This document shows positions 49,930-61,531 of a stretch of 64,000 nucleotides of DNA, piece after piece (positions within the stretch are counted from its first letter, which is position 1; every line of letters begins with the position of its first letter). The notes under the pieces were generated by a model. That model saw only the letters and a list, made by a program, of their open reading frames with translations. It made no database searches and was not told the origin of the DNA. The DNA comes from Macrostomum lignano (lineage: Eukaryota), in assembly GCA_002269645.1 (NCBI GenBank), contig NIVC01000551.1, positions 124,001 to 188,000 of the forward strand, given 5' to 3'. The translations under genes were made by a program, and so were the position numbers.

Positions 49930-50975
49930 GTATTTTGAATTTTGAAGGCTCATTACTTTGAATTTTGAAGGCTCATTACTCATTCTAAAGGCTCATCACT
50001 CATTTTGAAGGGTCATTACTCATTTTGAAGGGTCATTACTCACTGTGAAGGCCCATTACTCAATTTGAAGGCTCATTACTCATTTTGAAGGCTCATTACT
50101 CATTCTAAAGGCTCATCACTCATTCTAAAGGCTCATCACTCATTTTGAAGGGTCATTACTCATTTTGAAGGGTCATTACTCACTGTGAAGGCTCATTACT
50201 CATTCTAAAGGCTCATCACTCATTTTGAAGGCTCATTACTCAATTTGAAGGGTCATTACTTAATTTGAAGGGTCATTACTCAATTTTAAGGGTCATTACT
50301 CACTGTGAAGGGTCATCACTCATTCTAAAGGCTCATCACTCATTTTGAAGGCTCATTACTCAATTTGAAGGGTCATTACTCACTGTGAAGGCTCATTACT
50401 CATTCTTAAGGCTCATCACTCATTTTGAAGGCTCATTACTCATTTTGAAGGCTCATTACTCAATTTGAAGGGTCATTACTCAATTTGAAGGGTCATTACT
50501 CAATTTGAAGGGTCATTACTCAATTTGAAGGGTCATTACTCAATTTGAAGGCTCATTACTCAATTTGAAGGGTCATTACTCACTGTGAAGGCTCATTACT
50601 CATTCTTAAGGCTCATCACTCATTTTGAAGGCTCATCACTCATTTTGAAGGGTCATTACTCAATTTGAAGGGTCATTACTCAATTTGAAGGGTCATTACT
50701 CAATTTGAAGGGTCATTACTCAATTTGAAGGCTCATTACTCAATTTGAAGGGTCATTACTCAATTTGAAGGCTCATTACTCAATTTGAAGGGTCATTACT
50801 CAATTTGAAGGCTCATTACTCAATTTGAAGGGTCATTACTCAATTTGAAGGCTCATTACTCAATTTGAAGGCTCATTACTCAATTTGAAGGCTCATTACT
50901 CAATTTGAAGGCTCATTACTCAATTTGAAGGGTCATTACTCAATTTGAAGGGTCATTACTCAATTTGAAGGCTCG
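49930..50975. repeat. 20-bp minisatellite between UVRAG and PanK 3' ends
   Basis: Unit TCATTACTCAATTTGAAGGG. Confidence 0.95.
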
Positions 50976-51092
50976 TTTTAGTTCTAATGAAATCAACCAT
51001 ACACACAAACAACTCATTTTTAGTATATTGGATTTTTAGGAGGCGGGAGAGTATAATTTTTATATTGTCACGTCTTGAATTAGTTGCTTTGC

Positions 51093-54000
51093 TCAGGCGA
51101 ACTTCAGGTAAGCGCCAGCATCCGCGTTGGTGGCCACCAGAGCCCCAACGGCGCCCAAGTGTCCGGCGTTTCTAAGAAACCGATGCTGAAACCCGGCGCC
51201 CATCTGCATCAGCAAACATTTGGCGTTCTCGAACTCGCGACGAGCCAACGGGTTTAAAAAGAAATTGCCGCCAAAGTAGACTTTGGGCACCTTGGTCAGG
51301 GTGCTGATGGATATCAGGCTGCCGAGGAGGTTCGCGCAGAACAGCGACACCAGACTGCGAGCCACATCCTCTTTTCGGGCGCCGTCCCGTGACAGGCGGT
51401 CCTCAGCCGCCTTGCCGAAGTGCATCATCGGAATGTCGCCGTTGAACTGGCCGTAAGGACTGGCCGGGTCGCTGGCGATGACCTTCAGGTGTTATTCGAT
51501 TGCTTCGGGGGCTGTTGTTTTGCTTGGGGATTGCTGCTTTGAGAGTCAAGGGGTTGGGACTCTGCAGTGGGATCGGGACTCTTATTCCGTGATCGGAACT
51601 CTTATTGTGGGATTGGGACTCTTATTCTGGGATCGGGACTCTTATTGTGGGATCAGGACTCTTATTGTGGGATCGGGACTCTTATTGTGGGATCAAGACT
51701 CTTATTGTGGGATCAGGACTCTTATTGTGGGATCAGGACTCTTATTGTGGGATCAGGACTCTTTTGCGGGATCAGGACTCTTTTGCGGGATCGGGACTCT
51801 TATTTTGGGATTGTGACTCTTATTGTGGGATCAGGACTCTTATTGTGGGATCGGGACTCTTATTGTGGGATCGGGACTCTTATTGTGGGATCGGGACTCT
51901 TATTGTGGGATCAGGACTCTTATTGTGGGATCAGGACTCTTATTGTGGGATCAGGACTCTTATTGTGGGATCGGGACTCTTATTGTGGGATCAGGACTCT
52001 TATTGTGGGATCAGGACTCTTATTGTGGGATCAGGACTCTTTTTGTGGGATCAGGACTCTTTTGCGGGATCAGGACTCTTTTGCGGGATCGGGACTCTTA
52101 TTTTGGGATTGTGACTCTTATTGTGGGATCAGGACTCTTATTGTGGGATCGGGACTCTTATTGTGGGATCAGGACTCTTATTGTGGGATCGGGACTCTTA
52201 TTGTGGGATTGTGACTCTTATTGTGGGATCAGGACTCTTATTGTGGGATCAGGACTCTTATTGTGGGATCGGGACGATCATATTGTGGGATCGGGACTCT
52301 TATTGTGGGATCAGGACTCTTATTGTGGGATCAGGACTCTTATTGTGGGATCAGGACTCTTATTGTGGGATCAGGACTCTTATTGTGGGATCAGGACTCT
52401 TATTGTGGGATCAGGACTCTTATTGTGGGATCAGGACTCTTATTGTGGGATCAGGACTCTTATTGTGGGATCAGGACTCTTATTGTGGGATCAGGACTCT
52501 TATTGTGGGATCAGGACTCTTATTGTGGGATCAGGACTCTTATTGTGGGATCAGGACTCTTATTGTGGGATCAGGACTCTTATTGTGGGATCAGGACGAT
52601 CATATTGTGGGATCAGAAACTCTTAAAACCCGGCAACAACCTCGCGAACAAGCAGGTCCACATTGGCCCTGTCGCCCTTCTCAGCCAGCGCCATCAGCTC
52701 ATCATAGCTGGAGGTGCCAATCATCAGGCGGGCCATGCCTTGCAGACTTTTGCCGCCAAATAAGCAGAAATGAAAGCTGGACATTTTGCCCTCGGCGTCC
52801 AGGACGCTGATCATGCTGCCGGAGCCCAGGCAGACCAGGATCGCTGGGAACTGCGCCGCAGTGTCAGCGCCTGTGGTGGAGTCAAAAGCGACACTAAGCA
52901 GAAATAGGTATTTTATTTCATTCATTCGACATTCCATTTAGCATATGTTATCCTTTTGGGAGATCCTATTTAGCACCTGTGATCCTTTTGGGAGATCCCA
53001 TTTAGCACCTGTGATCCTTTTGGGAGATCCCATTTGGCACCTGTGATCCTTTTGGGAGATCCCATTTAGCACCTGTGATCCTTTGAGATCCCATTTAGCA
53101 CCTGTGATCCTTTTGGGAGATCCCATTTAGCACCTGTGATCCTTTTGGGAGATCCCATTTAGCACCTGTGATCCTTTGAGATCCCATTTAGCACCTGTGA
53201 TCCTTTGAGATTCCATTTAGCACATGTGCTTCATTTGAAATCCCATTTAGCTCATGTGACCCTTTGAGATCCCATTTAGCATATGTGATCCTTTTGGGAG
53301 ATCCCATTTAGCACCTATGATCCTTTTGGGAGATCCCATTCAGCACCTATGATCCTTTTGGGAGATCCCATTTAGCACCTATGATCCTTTTGGGAGATCC
53401 CATTTAGCACCTGGGATCCTTTTAAGAGATCCCATTTAGCACATGTGCATCATTTGAAATCCCATTTAGCTCATGTGACCCTTTGAGATCCCATTTAGCT
53501 CCTGTGATTCTTTGAGATCCCATTTAGCACCTGTGATCCTTTGAGATCCCATTTAGCTCCTGTGATCCTTTGAGATCCCATTTAGCTCCTGTGATCCTTT
53601 GAGATCCCATTTAGCACCTGTGTTCCTTTGAGATCCCATTTAGCCCCTGTGATCCTTTGAGATCCCATTCAGCACATGTGCATCATTTGAGATCCCATTT
53701 AGCTCCTGTGAGTCCTTTGGGAATCCCATTTAGCTTCTGTGATCCTTTGAGATCCCATTTAGCTCCTGTGAGTCCTTTGAGATCCCATTTAGCACATGTG
53801 CATCATTTGAGATCACATTTAGCACCTGTGAGTCCTTTGAGATCCTATTAAGCACCTGTGCATACTTTGAGATTATTCGTGCCTCAATGTCACTAACCGT
53901 CAATCTTGAACTTTTCCATGATGTTGGCCATCAGCGGGTTGTCCAGTTTCAGCTGGAACAGGGGATCCGGCTCCATCGCAGGCAGGAACGCCTGCTCATC

Positions 54001-55398
54001 CGGCAGGTTCGTCACCATCCAGTGACAGCCGCGCACCTGCGTGAGCAGTTCAATCACGTGCTCGCAGTTGGCATTGAAAGTCTCCTTCATCAGGTCTTGA
54101 TAGGCGAAGTTGACTCCGGTCATCTTCACCAGGCTGTCGCCCAGGTGCTGCCGCTCCTGCTGCTGACAGCCCGGCTGCTTGGCGATCCACCTTGATAGTA
54201 GAGCATATTTTTTCTTATTATCTAAACTTTTTACTTCAAGTAATAGAATGAAGAAATTTTCTTGGAATCAGGATTGCCTAACATATAAATAAGTAAAATA
54301 AATTTGAACCAATAGGCGCGCATTGATGGAACCAGTTCCTGGCAATAAGCGCGCATTGATTGAAACAGTTCCTAGCATTAAGCGCGCATTGATGGAACCA
54401 GTTCCTGGCAATAAGCGCGCATTGATGGAACCAGTTCCTGGCATTAAGCGCGCATTGATGGAACCAGTTCCTAGCATTAGGTGCGCATTGATAAAACCAG
54501 TTTCTAGCATTAAGCGCGCATTGATGGAACCAGTTCCTGGCATTAAGCGCGCATTGATGAAACCAGTTCCTAGCATTAAGCGCGCATTGATGGAACCAGT
54601 TCCTGGCAATAAGCGCGCATTGATGGAACCAGTTCCTGGCATTAAGCGCGCATTGATGGAACCAGTTCCTAGCATTAGGTGCGCATTGATAAAACCAGTT
54701 TCTAGCATTAAGCGCGCATTGATGGAACCAGTTCCTGGCAATAAGCGCGCATTGATGGAACCAGTTCCTAGCATTAAGCGCGCATTGATGAAACCAGTTC
54801 CTGGCATTAAGCGCGCATTGATGGAACCAGTTCCTGGCATTAAGCGCGCATTGATGGAACCAGTTCCTGGCATTAAGCGCGCATTGATGGAACCAGTTCC
54901 TGGCATTAAGCGCGCATTGATGGAACCAGTTCCTAGCATTAAGCGCGCATTGATGGAACCAGTTCCTGGCATTAAGCGCGCATTGATAGAACCAGTTCCT
55001 GGCATTAAGCGCGCATTGATGGAACCAGTTCCTAGCATTAAGCGCGCATTGATGGAACCAGTTCCTAGCACTAAGCGCGCAGTGTTAGAATCAAATTTCT
55101 GGCGTAAGCGCACAGAAAAAATTCTGAAGCCGTATTATATCTGAGGTGGGTACTTAAAAGCCTATTAAAGGTATTTTTCAGACCTCATAGCGGCCTGGAA
55201 GTCGCTCTTGGCCACCGTGACAAAATTCAGCACCGCCGCGGAGTTCGACGAGTCCGTCGAGTCCGACGTGACGTACAAAATCTTTGACAACGTGGCGCCA
55301 TTATCGAAGCTCAGCCGGCAAGGCAGGCCTTCCAGCAAGCTTTTAGGAACTTTGACGCTGTCTTTGAACACGAATTTAGGAGCCGACGACATTTCCAT
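51093..55398 (-). CDS. Type II (fumble-family) pantothenate kinase, divergent, 4 exons
   Basis: Exons 55398-55184, 54190-53898, 52870-52641, 51482-51093, all phase-compatible. SFDNGATLSK (DIGGT-like), VKMTG, FPAILVCLGSG, ELMALAEKGDRANVDLLVRE, FGK, SLVSLF..N, YFGGNF, FLRNAGHLGAVGA. Confidence 0.85.
51565..52615. repeat. 20-bp intronic minisatellite
   Basis: Unit GGGATCAGGACTCTTATTGT. Confidence 0.97.
52950..53870. repeat. 29-32-bp intronic minisatellite
   Basis: Unit GAGATCCCATTTAGCACCTGTGATCCTTT(TGG). Confidence 0.95.
54315..55080. repeat. 33-bp intronic minisatellite
   Basis: Unit GCGCGCATTGATGGAACCAGTTCCTGGCATTAA. Confidence 0.97.
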
Positions 55399-55849
55399 TG
55401 GCGATCAATAAAGTTCAAGAAAGGTCTTAGGTACTTGATTATATGACGCACCCTGCAGGGCTCTTGAACAAGAGAAAAAAATTGTGTTAGACAACTCCTA
55501 TATACTGCTGCGAGGTTTGGAGAGAGAGGCAGCAAGAGGAGAGAGGTACGAGCGTACGCTGTGTTCTGCATTCTCTTGCCGCACGGGTGAGGCTAAAATC
55601 AGTGTACAGATATGTCAGAGGGGCAGAGGTGCGTTCCTTGAATTCAGAATCGAGGAGCATCAGATAGATACATTGCTGTCATACGCTTTTATAAACACGA
55701 CAGCTGACAAAACAACTAAGGGCAAGGGGTTTCTGCGAAGCAACAGTAGTGAAGTAATACGTGGACAAATTTATAGACGACATTAGCAGAATGGGTTTGA
55801 TTATAATTTAACGTTATTAAAGTTACGATTCGAACTGAATACCTCAGCC

Positions 55850-56043
55850 AGTCAAGCTCACTCCTGAGCACCCTGCACATGCTCACACGGGGTGTACAGC
55901 GGCCCTGACTGTCTCAACGACTGGCATGTACACTCTTTACCTTGCAGGTTGGCCCTCATATTGTTGCCGAGAATTGCTAGACCAGCCTCACAGACCACCA
56001 GCGAGATTGAGATGCGTTAAACCGCGGAGCTTCTCTGCCCCCT
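55850..56043 (-). mobile_element. Diverged SINE related to the 57526 element
   Basis: Minus strand GAGGGCCAACCTGCAAGGTAAAGAGTGTACATGCC and GGGCCGCTGTACACCCCGTGTGAG match blocks at ~57660-57740. Confidence 0.6.
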
Positions 56044-56314
56044 AATAGCGGGGTAGCTCATAGCATTATATTTAAATCACAACCATCGATCAACACGCAG
56101 TTTCGATGTAGTCTATACCACACTGTAAACTAAGAGTAGATAAAAATTGACATGTTTCAAGTTGACTATGAATGACCAAAATGTCCCAATTTAGGTTACT
56201 ACGAGTAGTCCGAAAAAGTCCCTCGACCTCATCGTTGGCTTGCAGAGAACCGGTAACTTTTCCGGCTACAACTCGTTTACAGTGTATGCTATTATCAATA
56301 ACTGGAATTTCGAG

Positions 56315-58391
56315 TCATGGCACGGCCACCACTGGTTCAGCCCAGATCTCCGCGGTCAGACTTGCACGCCGCACTCCTCGCGTCGCTATCCTGAGCAGCA
56401 GCTCAACCAACTCCAGCAAGGTGAGCAGCGAGCAGCCCAAGTACAATCCGAGAGAGCCGCCAACGTCAGCCAGAAACTGGCCCAAACCGTAGTCCAGACT
56501 GAAAAGTGACGCTCTGGCTCAGAGTCGACTCAGCCCGGAGCGTCACCGACAGCAGAGCCCGTCGGGTATAGGCGTACACGTCGGATTCGTACACGATCAA
56601 GTTGCTCTGGTCGGGTTTGAGAATCTGCAGGGATTTCATGCCAGCAAGGACTGACCGATAATCGTCTTTGCTTTTATTCTTGATAGCCAGCGGCAGCAGA
56701 TTCAAAATGATTCGGACCAGGCTGGCTTGATTTGGCCAGTTGCCAAATCATGACGTCACTTTGTACTTTCTCTGCCGACAGAGCTTTCTGCGATGGCAGG
56801 ATTGCTGCCAACTGTCTGAAGGACTCGCAGCTGTCAGGTAGGCGTGAAGTTTTTTCTGCTGATTGCCATCAGTCATCGCGCTGAGGTTCAGGCACAGCGT
56901 CAGGTCTCGGAGCTTCCACGGCAGCGGCTGCGGCCATGGTAGGCAGTTGTGCCGCGCCGCGGCCTCCCTGGCCATCTCGGTGTAAAGGCAGACGGCCTCG
57001 CTGTAGCTGAAGGTGTCCGCGCCGCCCGATTGCGGATTAAAGAACAGCACCGGCTTCTGCGGCTGTTCGTGGTCAACGCATTTGTCAGGAAAGTCGCTGG
57101 GTACGAACAGAGAGTCGGTCATGCTAATGGAGATGTCGTATGACCTGCCGGGACCCAGGCTGACAACGCTGCTTGTGAGTCTAGACGGGTACTGGCCTCT
57201 GGGCGTCAGGTACAGCAGCATGCCGCTGCCCCTGGCATAGGCGAACGGATCAGCTAAATCCCAGTCGTGAGGATAAACCGACTGCCTTTCTACCATCCAG
57301 GAACTGATTCTTTTCGTCGAGTACAAGTGGTACACGTCCATTGTAATGAAATACACAGGTGCTCCGGATGATGCAGAGTTTCAATCTTCACTGGCGAGTC
57401 CAGAGACTGCCTCGAGCCGGCACTGAATATGCCATAGTTCCTGTAGAATGTCTGCTCTTTCCTCTGGCCGACGAGATCCGCTAGGAGACCGTACGGCATG
57501 GACTGAATGATAACCAACGGAACCAGGGGGGCCGTAGCCCAGCGGTAGCCCAGCTGCTCTGGTGTGCCAGCGACCCAGGCTCGATTCCAAGTGCAGCCAC
57601 ATTAATTTGGAGCTGAATTGGAATTTCGGCTTGGCTCGCTTGTGCAATTAACGGCCTTGAGAGCCAACCCCCCAAGGCGAAGTGAAGTGTACATGCCTAA
57701 TGATAATATAAAGTTAGGGCCGCTGTACACTCCTGTGTGAGTGTGTGCCTGCGTAGCGTATCGCGCGCTTGTATGCCTGCTCAGGGGAGTCGGCGGAATG
57801 GGCAGTAATGCCTCTCGCCGGTTGTGTGCCTATGTGGCTTAAAGTGCGCCAGGGTGCACACAATCCCCATGCCTCTAAAAAAAACCAACGGAACCAACGA
57901 ACTCAGGCGGGTCGACTCACTTGCTGACCAGTTGAAGGTTGACAATCGCAATCGTCACCTGATCTAACTCGGTCTCATTTAGCAGATAAATTGACGAGCC
58001 AGCAGCTTGCATTGTGTTGCAAAAGTAAAAATCTGGAAACTCGAAAGCCACATCGTCGGCTCTAATTTCGGATTTAACGCCAGGGTGTCTCAGCCGATGA
58101 ACGAAGGTCCTCGACGTGTTGATCATCAGGATGAGGAAGCTGACGAAACAGGACTCTGAGTATCACATCGCGCCAGCTTGAAGTCACTCGGCTGATTCCG
58201 TGAGCTGTGCTCTCGGAGACTAATTCTCTGACTAATATCGAAATAGAGTGTCTGTTGTCCTCTTTCATAGTGTGCAATTCCATCAAGACAACACTGTAGG
58301 ACTTGCCCGCTCTAGCAGCTTTATAGACTGGTACAGCTGCTCCGTCACACGCTATTATACAAATTGACTCTTCTGAATTAATGCGATGCAT
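56315..58391 (-). pseudogene. DEG/ENaC (amiloride-sensitive) channel gene with multiple disruptions
   Basis: ESTAHGISRV (HG motif), TM1, FPDFYFCN, GMLLYL...LGPG...ISIS, Cys-rich region, GNWP, and TM2 QFLADVGGSLGLYLGCSLLTLLELVE. Joining these needs frameshifts at ~58147, ~57354 and ~56503 and read-through of TGA at 56748-56750. Confidence 0.8.
57526..57882 (+). mobile_element. Full-length tRNA-derived SINE with A-tail and 14-bp target-site duplication
   Basis: A box-like TAGCCCAGCGG and B box-like GGCTCGATTCC, A-tail, and AACCAACGGAACCA at 57512-57525 and 57883-57896. Inserted antisense in the ENaC intron. Confidence 0.85.
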
Positions 58392-58559
58392 TCCCCTTTG
58401 AATTACATTTGCTACCTGCCGGTCTGGCTGTTGACAGAGTCAACACGTTTATTATTTCTGCCATAAAGCGATGTTTCAGACAGACAGACAGACAGACAGA
58501 ATTCAAAGGGTTTCTGCTATTGCTTCAGTCAATAAGAATTTACTGTAAAAAAACTACCT

Positions 58560-58751
58560 ATCTATAGATCTATCTAGCTGTGTATCTATCTACGAGCTCG
58601 TATTTAATCTATCTGTTTATCTGTTTATCTCTCTCTATCTATCTATCAATCCATCTATATCTATCTATATATCTATCTTTCTGTCTATTTATCTATCTAT
58701 GTATCCATCTATCTATCTATCTATCTATCTGTCTATCTATCTATCTGTCTG

Positions 58752-58784
<33 letters not shown>

Positions 58785-58785
58785 G

Positions 58786-58818
<33 letters not shown>

Positions 58819-58845
58819 GTCTATCTATCTATCTATCTATCTATG

Positions 58846-58882
<37 letters not shown>

Positions 58883-58913
58883 GTCTATCTATCTATCTAT
58901 CTATCTATCTATG

Positions 58914-58986
<73 letters not shown>

Positions 58987-58987
58987 G

Positions 58988-59034
<47 letters not shown>

Positions 59035-59185
59035 GTCTATCTATCTACCTATCTGTCTATCTATCTACCTATCTATCTATCTGTCTATCTATCTATCTAT
59101 CTACCTATCTATCTATCTGTCTATCTATCTACCTATCTATCTATCTGTCTATCTATCTATCTATCTATCTATGTATCTATCTATG

Positions 59186-59222
<37 letters not shown>

Positions 59223-59335
59223 GTCTATCTATCTACCTATCTGTCTATCTATCTACCTATCTATCTATCTGTCTATCTATCTATCTATCTACCTATCTAT
59301 CTATCTGTCTATCTATCTACCTATCTATCTATCTG

Positions 59336-59390
<55 letters not shown>

Positions 59391-59417
59391 GTCTATCTAT
59401 CTATCTATCTATCTATG

Positions 59418-59454
<37 letters not shown>

Positions 59455-59468
59455 GTCTATCTATCTAC

Positions 59469-59507
<39 letters not shown>

Positions 59508-59524
59508 CCTATCTATCTATCTAC

Positions 59525-59586
<62 letters not shown>

Positions 59587-59669
59587 GTCTATTTATCTAT
59601 CTATCTACCTATCTATCTATCTATCTATCTGTCTATTTATCTATCTATCTATCTATCCATCTATCTACC

Positions 59670-59700
<31 letters not shown>

Positions 59701-59740
59701 CTGTCTATTTATCTATCTATCTATCTATCCATCTATCTAC

Positions 59741-59782
<42 letters not shown>

Positions 59783-59865
59783 GTCTATTTATCTATCTAT
59801 CTACCTATCTATCTATCTATCTATCTGTCTATTTATCTATCTATCTATCTATCCATCTATCTACC

Positions 59866-59921
<56 letters not shown>

Positions 59922-59935
59922 CATCTATCTATCCC
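58560..59935. repeat. (ATCT)n microsatellite, ~1.4 kb
   Basis: Tetranucleotide run with GTCT/ACCT variants. Confidence 0.98.
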
Positions 59936-60434
59936 AGACTGCATTTGAAACGCCAGACATTTTCAAGGCATGAAGTACAAGAAGCGAGAGATTCAGAAAA
60001 TTATTTTTGCCTGACAATACAAAAAAGATTATGCAAGTTGTCTAAAGCTTTTTAAAATTTTTGTCAAGTCTATTTCAATAAGATGTTGATATGTTTATAG
60101 GATAGCACATTAAGAATAAAAAATGTGTCAATAAAAGCAGAAAGAATCACAAGATGCACAGAGGAATTTCGGTGTAATCACAGACTGCAAAAACTGCATT
60201 TAGGAAAGTTATCTAAAAATGTGTATACTTATCAGTACGCTCGTATACTGAAAATACATCTTGAGTGGATAACAAAAATAAATATTCTATTAATATAAAA
60301 ACGTGAGCATTACCGGAATAAAATACATGCAGACAGAACTCAGTCATCTGCATTCGGACACACCTGTATAGAACAATCTAAATATACTAAATTAAAATCT
60401 ATTAGGACTTAAATTGATAATTAAGGATTGCTTC

Positions 60435-61430
60435 AATAATCCTACTGGCTCATGAGGATATAATTCCCCCAATAATCCTACTGGCTCATGTGGATATAAT
60501 TCCCCCAATAATCCTACTGGCTCATGGGGATATAATCCCCCCAATAATCCTACTGGCTGATGTGGATATAATTCCCCCAATAATCCTACTGGCTCATGTG
60601 GATATAATTCCCCCAATAATCCTACTGGCTCATGGAGATAAAATTCCCCCAATAATCCTACTGGCTCATGAGGATATAATTCCCCCAATAATCCTACTGG
60701 CTCATGAGGATATAATTCCCCCAATAATCCTACTGGCTCATGGGGATATAATTCCCCCAATAATCCTACTGGCTAATAGGGATACAATCCTCCCAATAAT
60801 CCTACTGGCTCATGTGGATATAATTCCCCCAATAATCCTACTGGCTCATGGGGATATAATTCCCCCAATAATCCTACTGGCTAATAGGGATACAATCCCC
60901 CCAATAATCCTACTGGCTCATGTGGATATAATTCCCCCAATAATCCTACTGGCTCATGAGGATATAATTCCCCCAATAATCCTACTGGCTCATGGGGATA
61001 TAATTCCCCCAATAATCCTACTGGCTAATAGGGATACAATCCCCCCAATAATCCTACTGGCTCATGTGGATATAATCCCCCCAATATTCCTACTGGCTGA
61101 TGTGGATATAATTCCCCCAATAATCCTACTGGCTCATGTGGATATAATTCCCCCAATAATCCTACTGGCTCATGTGGATACAAAATTCCCCCAATAATCC
61201 TACTGGCTCATGGAGATAAAATTCCCCCAATAATCCTACTGGCTCATGAGGATAAAATTCCCCCAATAATCCTACTGGCTCATGAGGATATAATTCCCCC
61301 AATAATCCTACTGGCTCATGAGGATATAATTCCCCCAAATCCTACTGGCTCATGGGGATATAATTCCCCCAATAATCCTACTGGCTCATGGGGATACAAA
61401 ATTCCCCCAATAATCCTACTGGCTTATAGG
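60435..61430. repeat. 36-bp minisatellite
   Basis: Unit TCCCCCAATAATCCTACTGGCTCATGTGGATATAAT. Confidence 0.97.
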
Positions 61431-61531
61431 TATATAATTCCCGAAAGGTACAAATTATTTTAGTAACACTTTGCCTAAAGGCATTCCATATTTCAGTCAG
61501 AGGTTTAACAGACATAAATTTTCAAACTTGG

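Noticed and set aside
49930-55080. Regular 20-37-bp arrays resembling CRISPR repeats
   Set aside because: Units are head-to-tail with no unique spacers, no cas genes are present, and the context is eukaryotic and intronic.
57526-57600. Possible tRNA gene
   Set aside because: The acceptor and anticodon stems do not pair properly, and it continues into a SINE body with an A-tail and target-site duplication.
58580-60055. 491-aa and other long ORFs (YLSI repeats), and similar ORFs at 2698-3791, 4786-5848, 33486-34130, 36275-37188, 47062-47721, 48715-49341, 51478-52810, 54268-55144, 60392-61197, 63084-63504
   Set aside because: These are translations of stop-free tandem repeats lying in introns or intergenic DNA. 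They are open in several frames and show no protein-like complexity.
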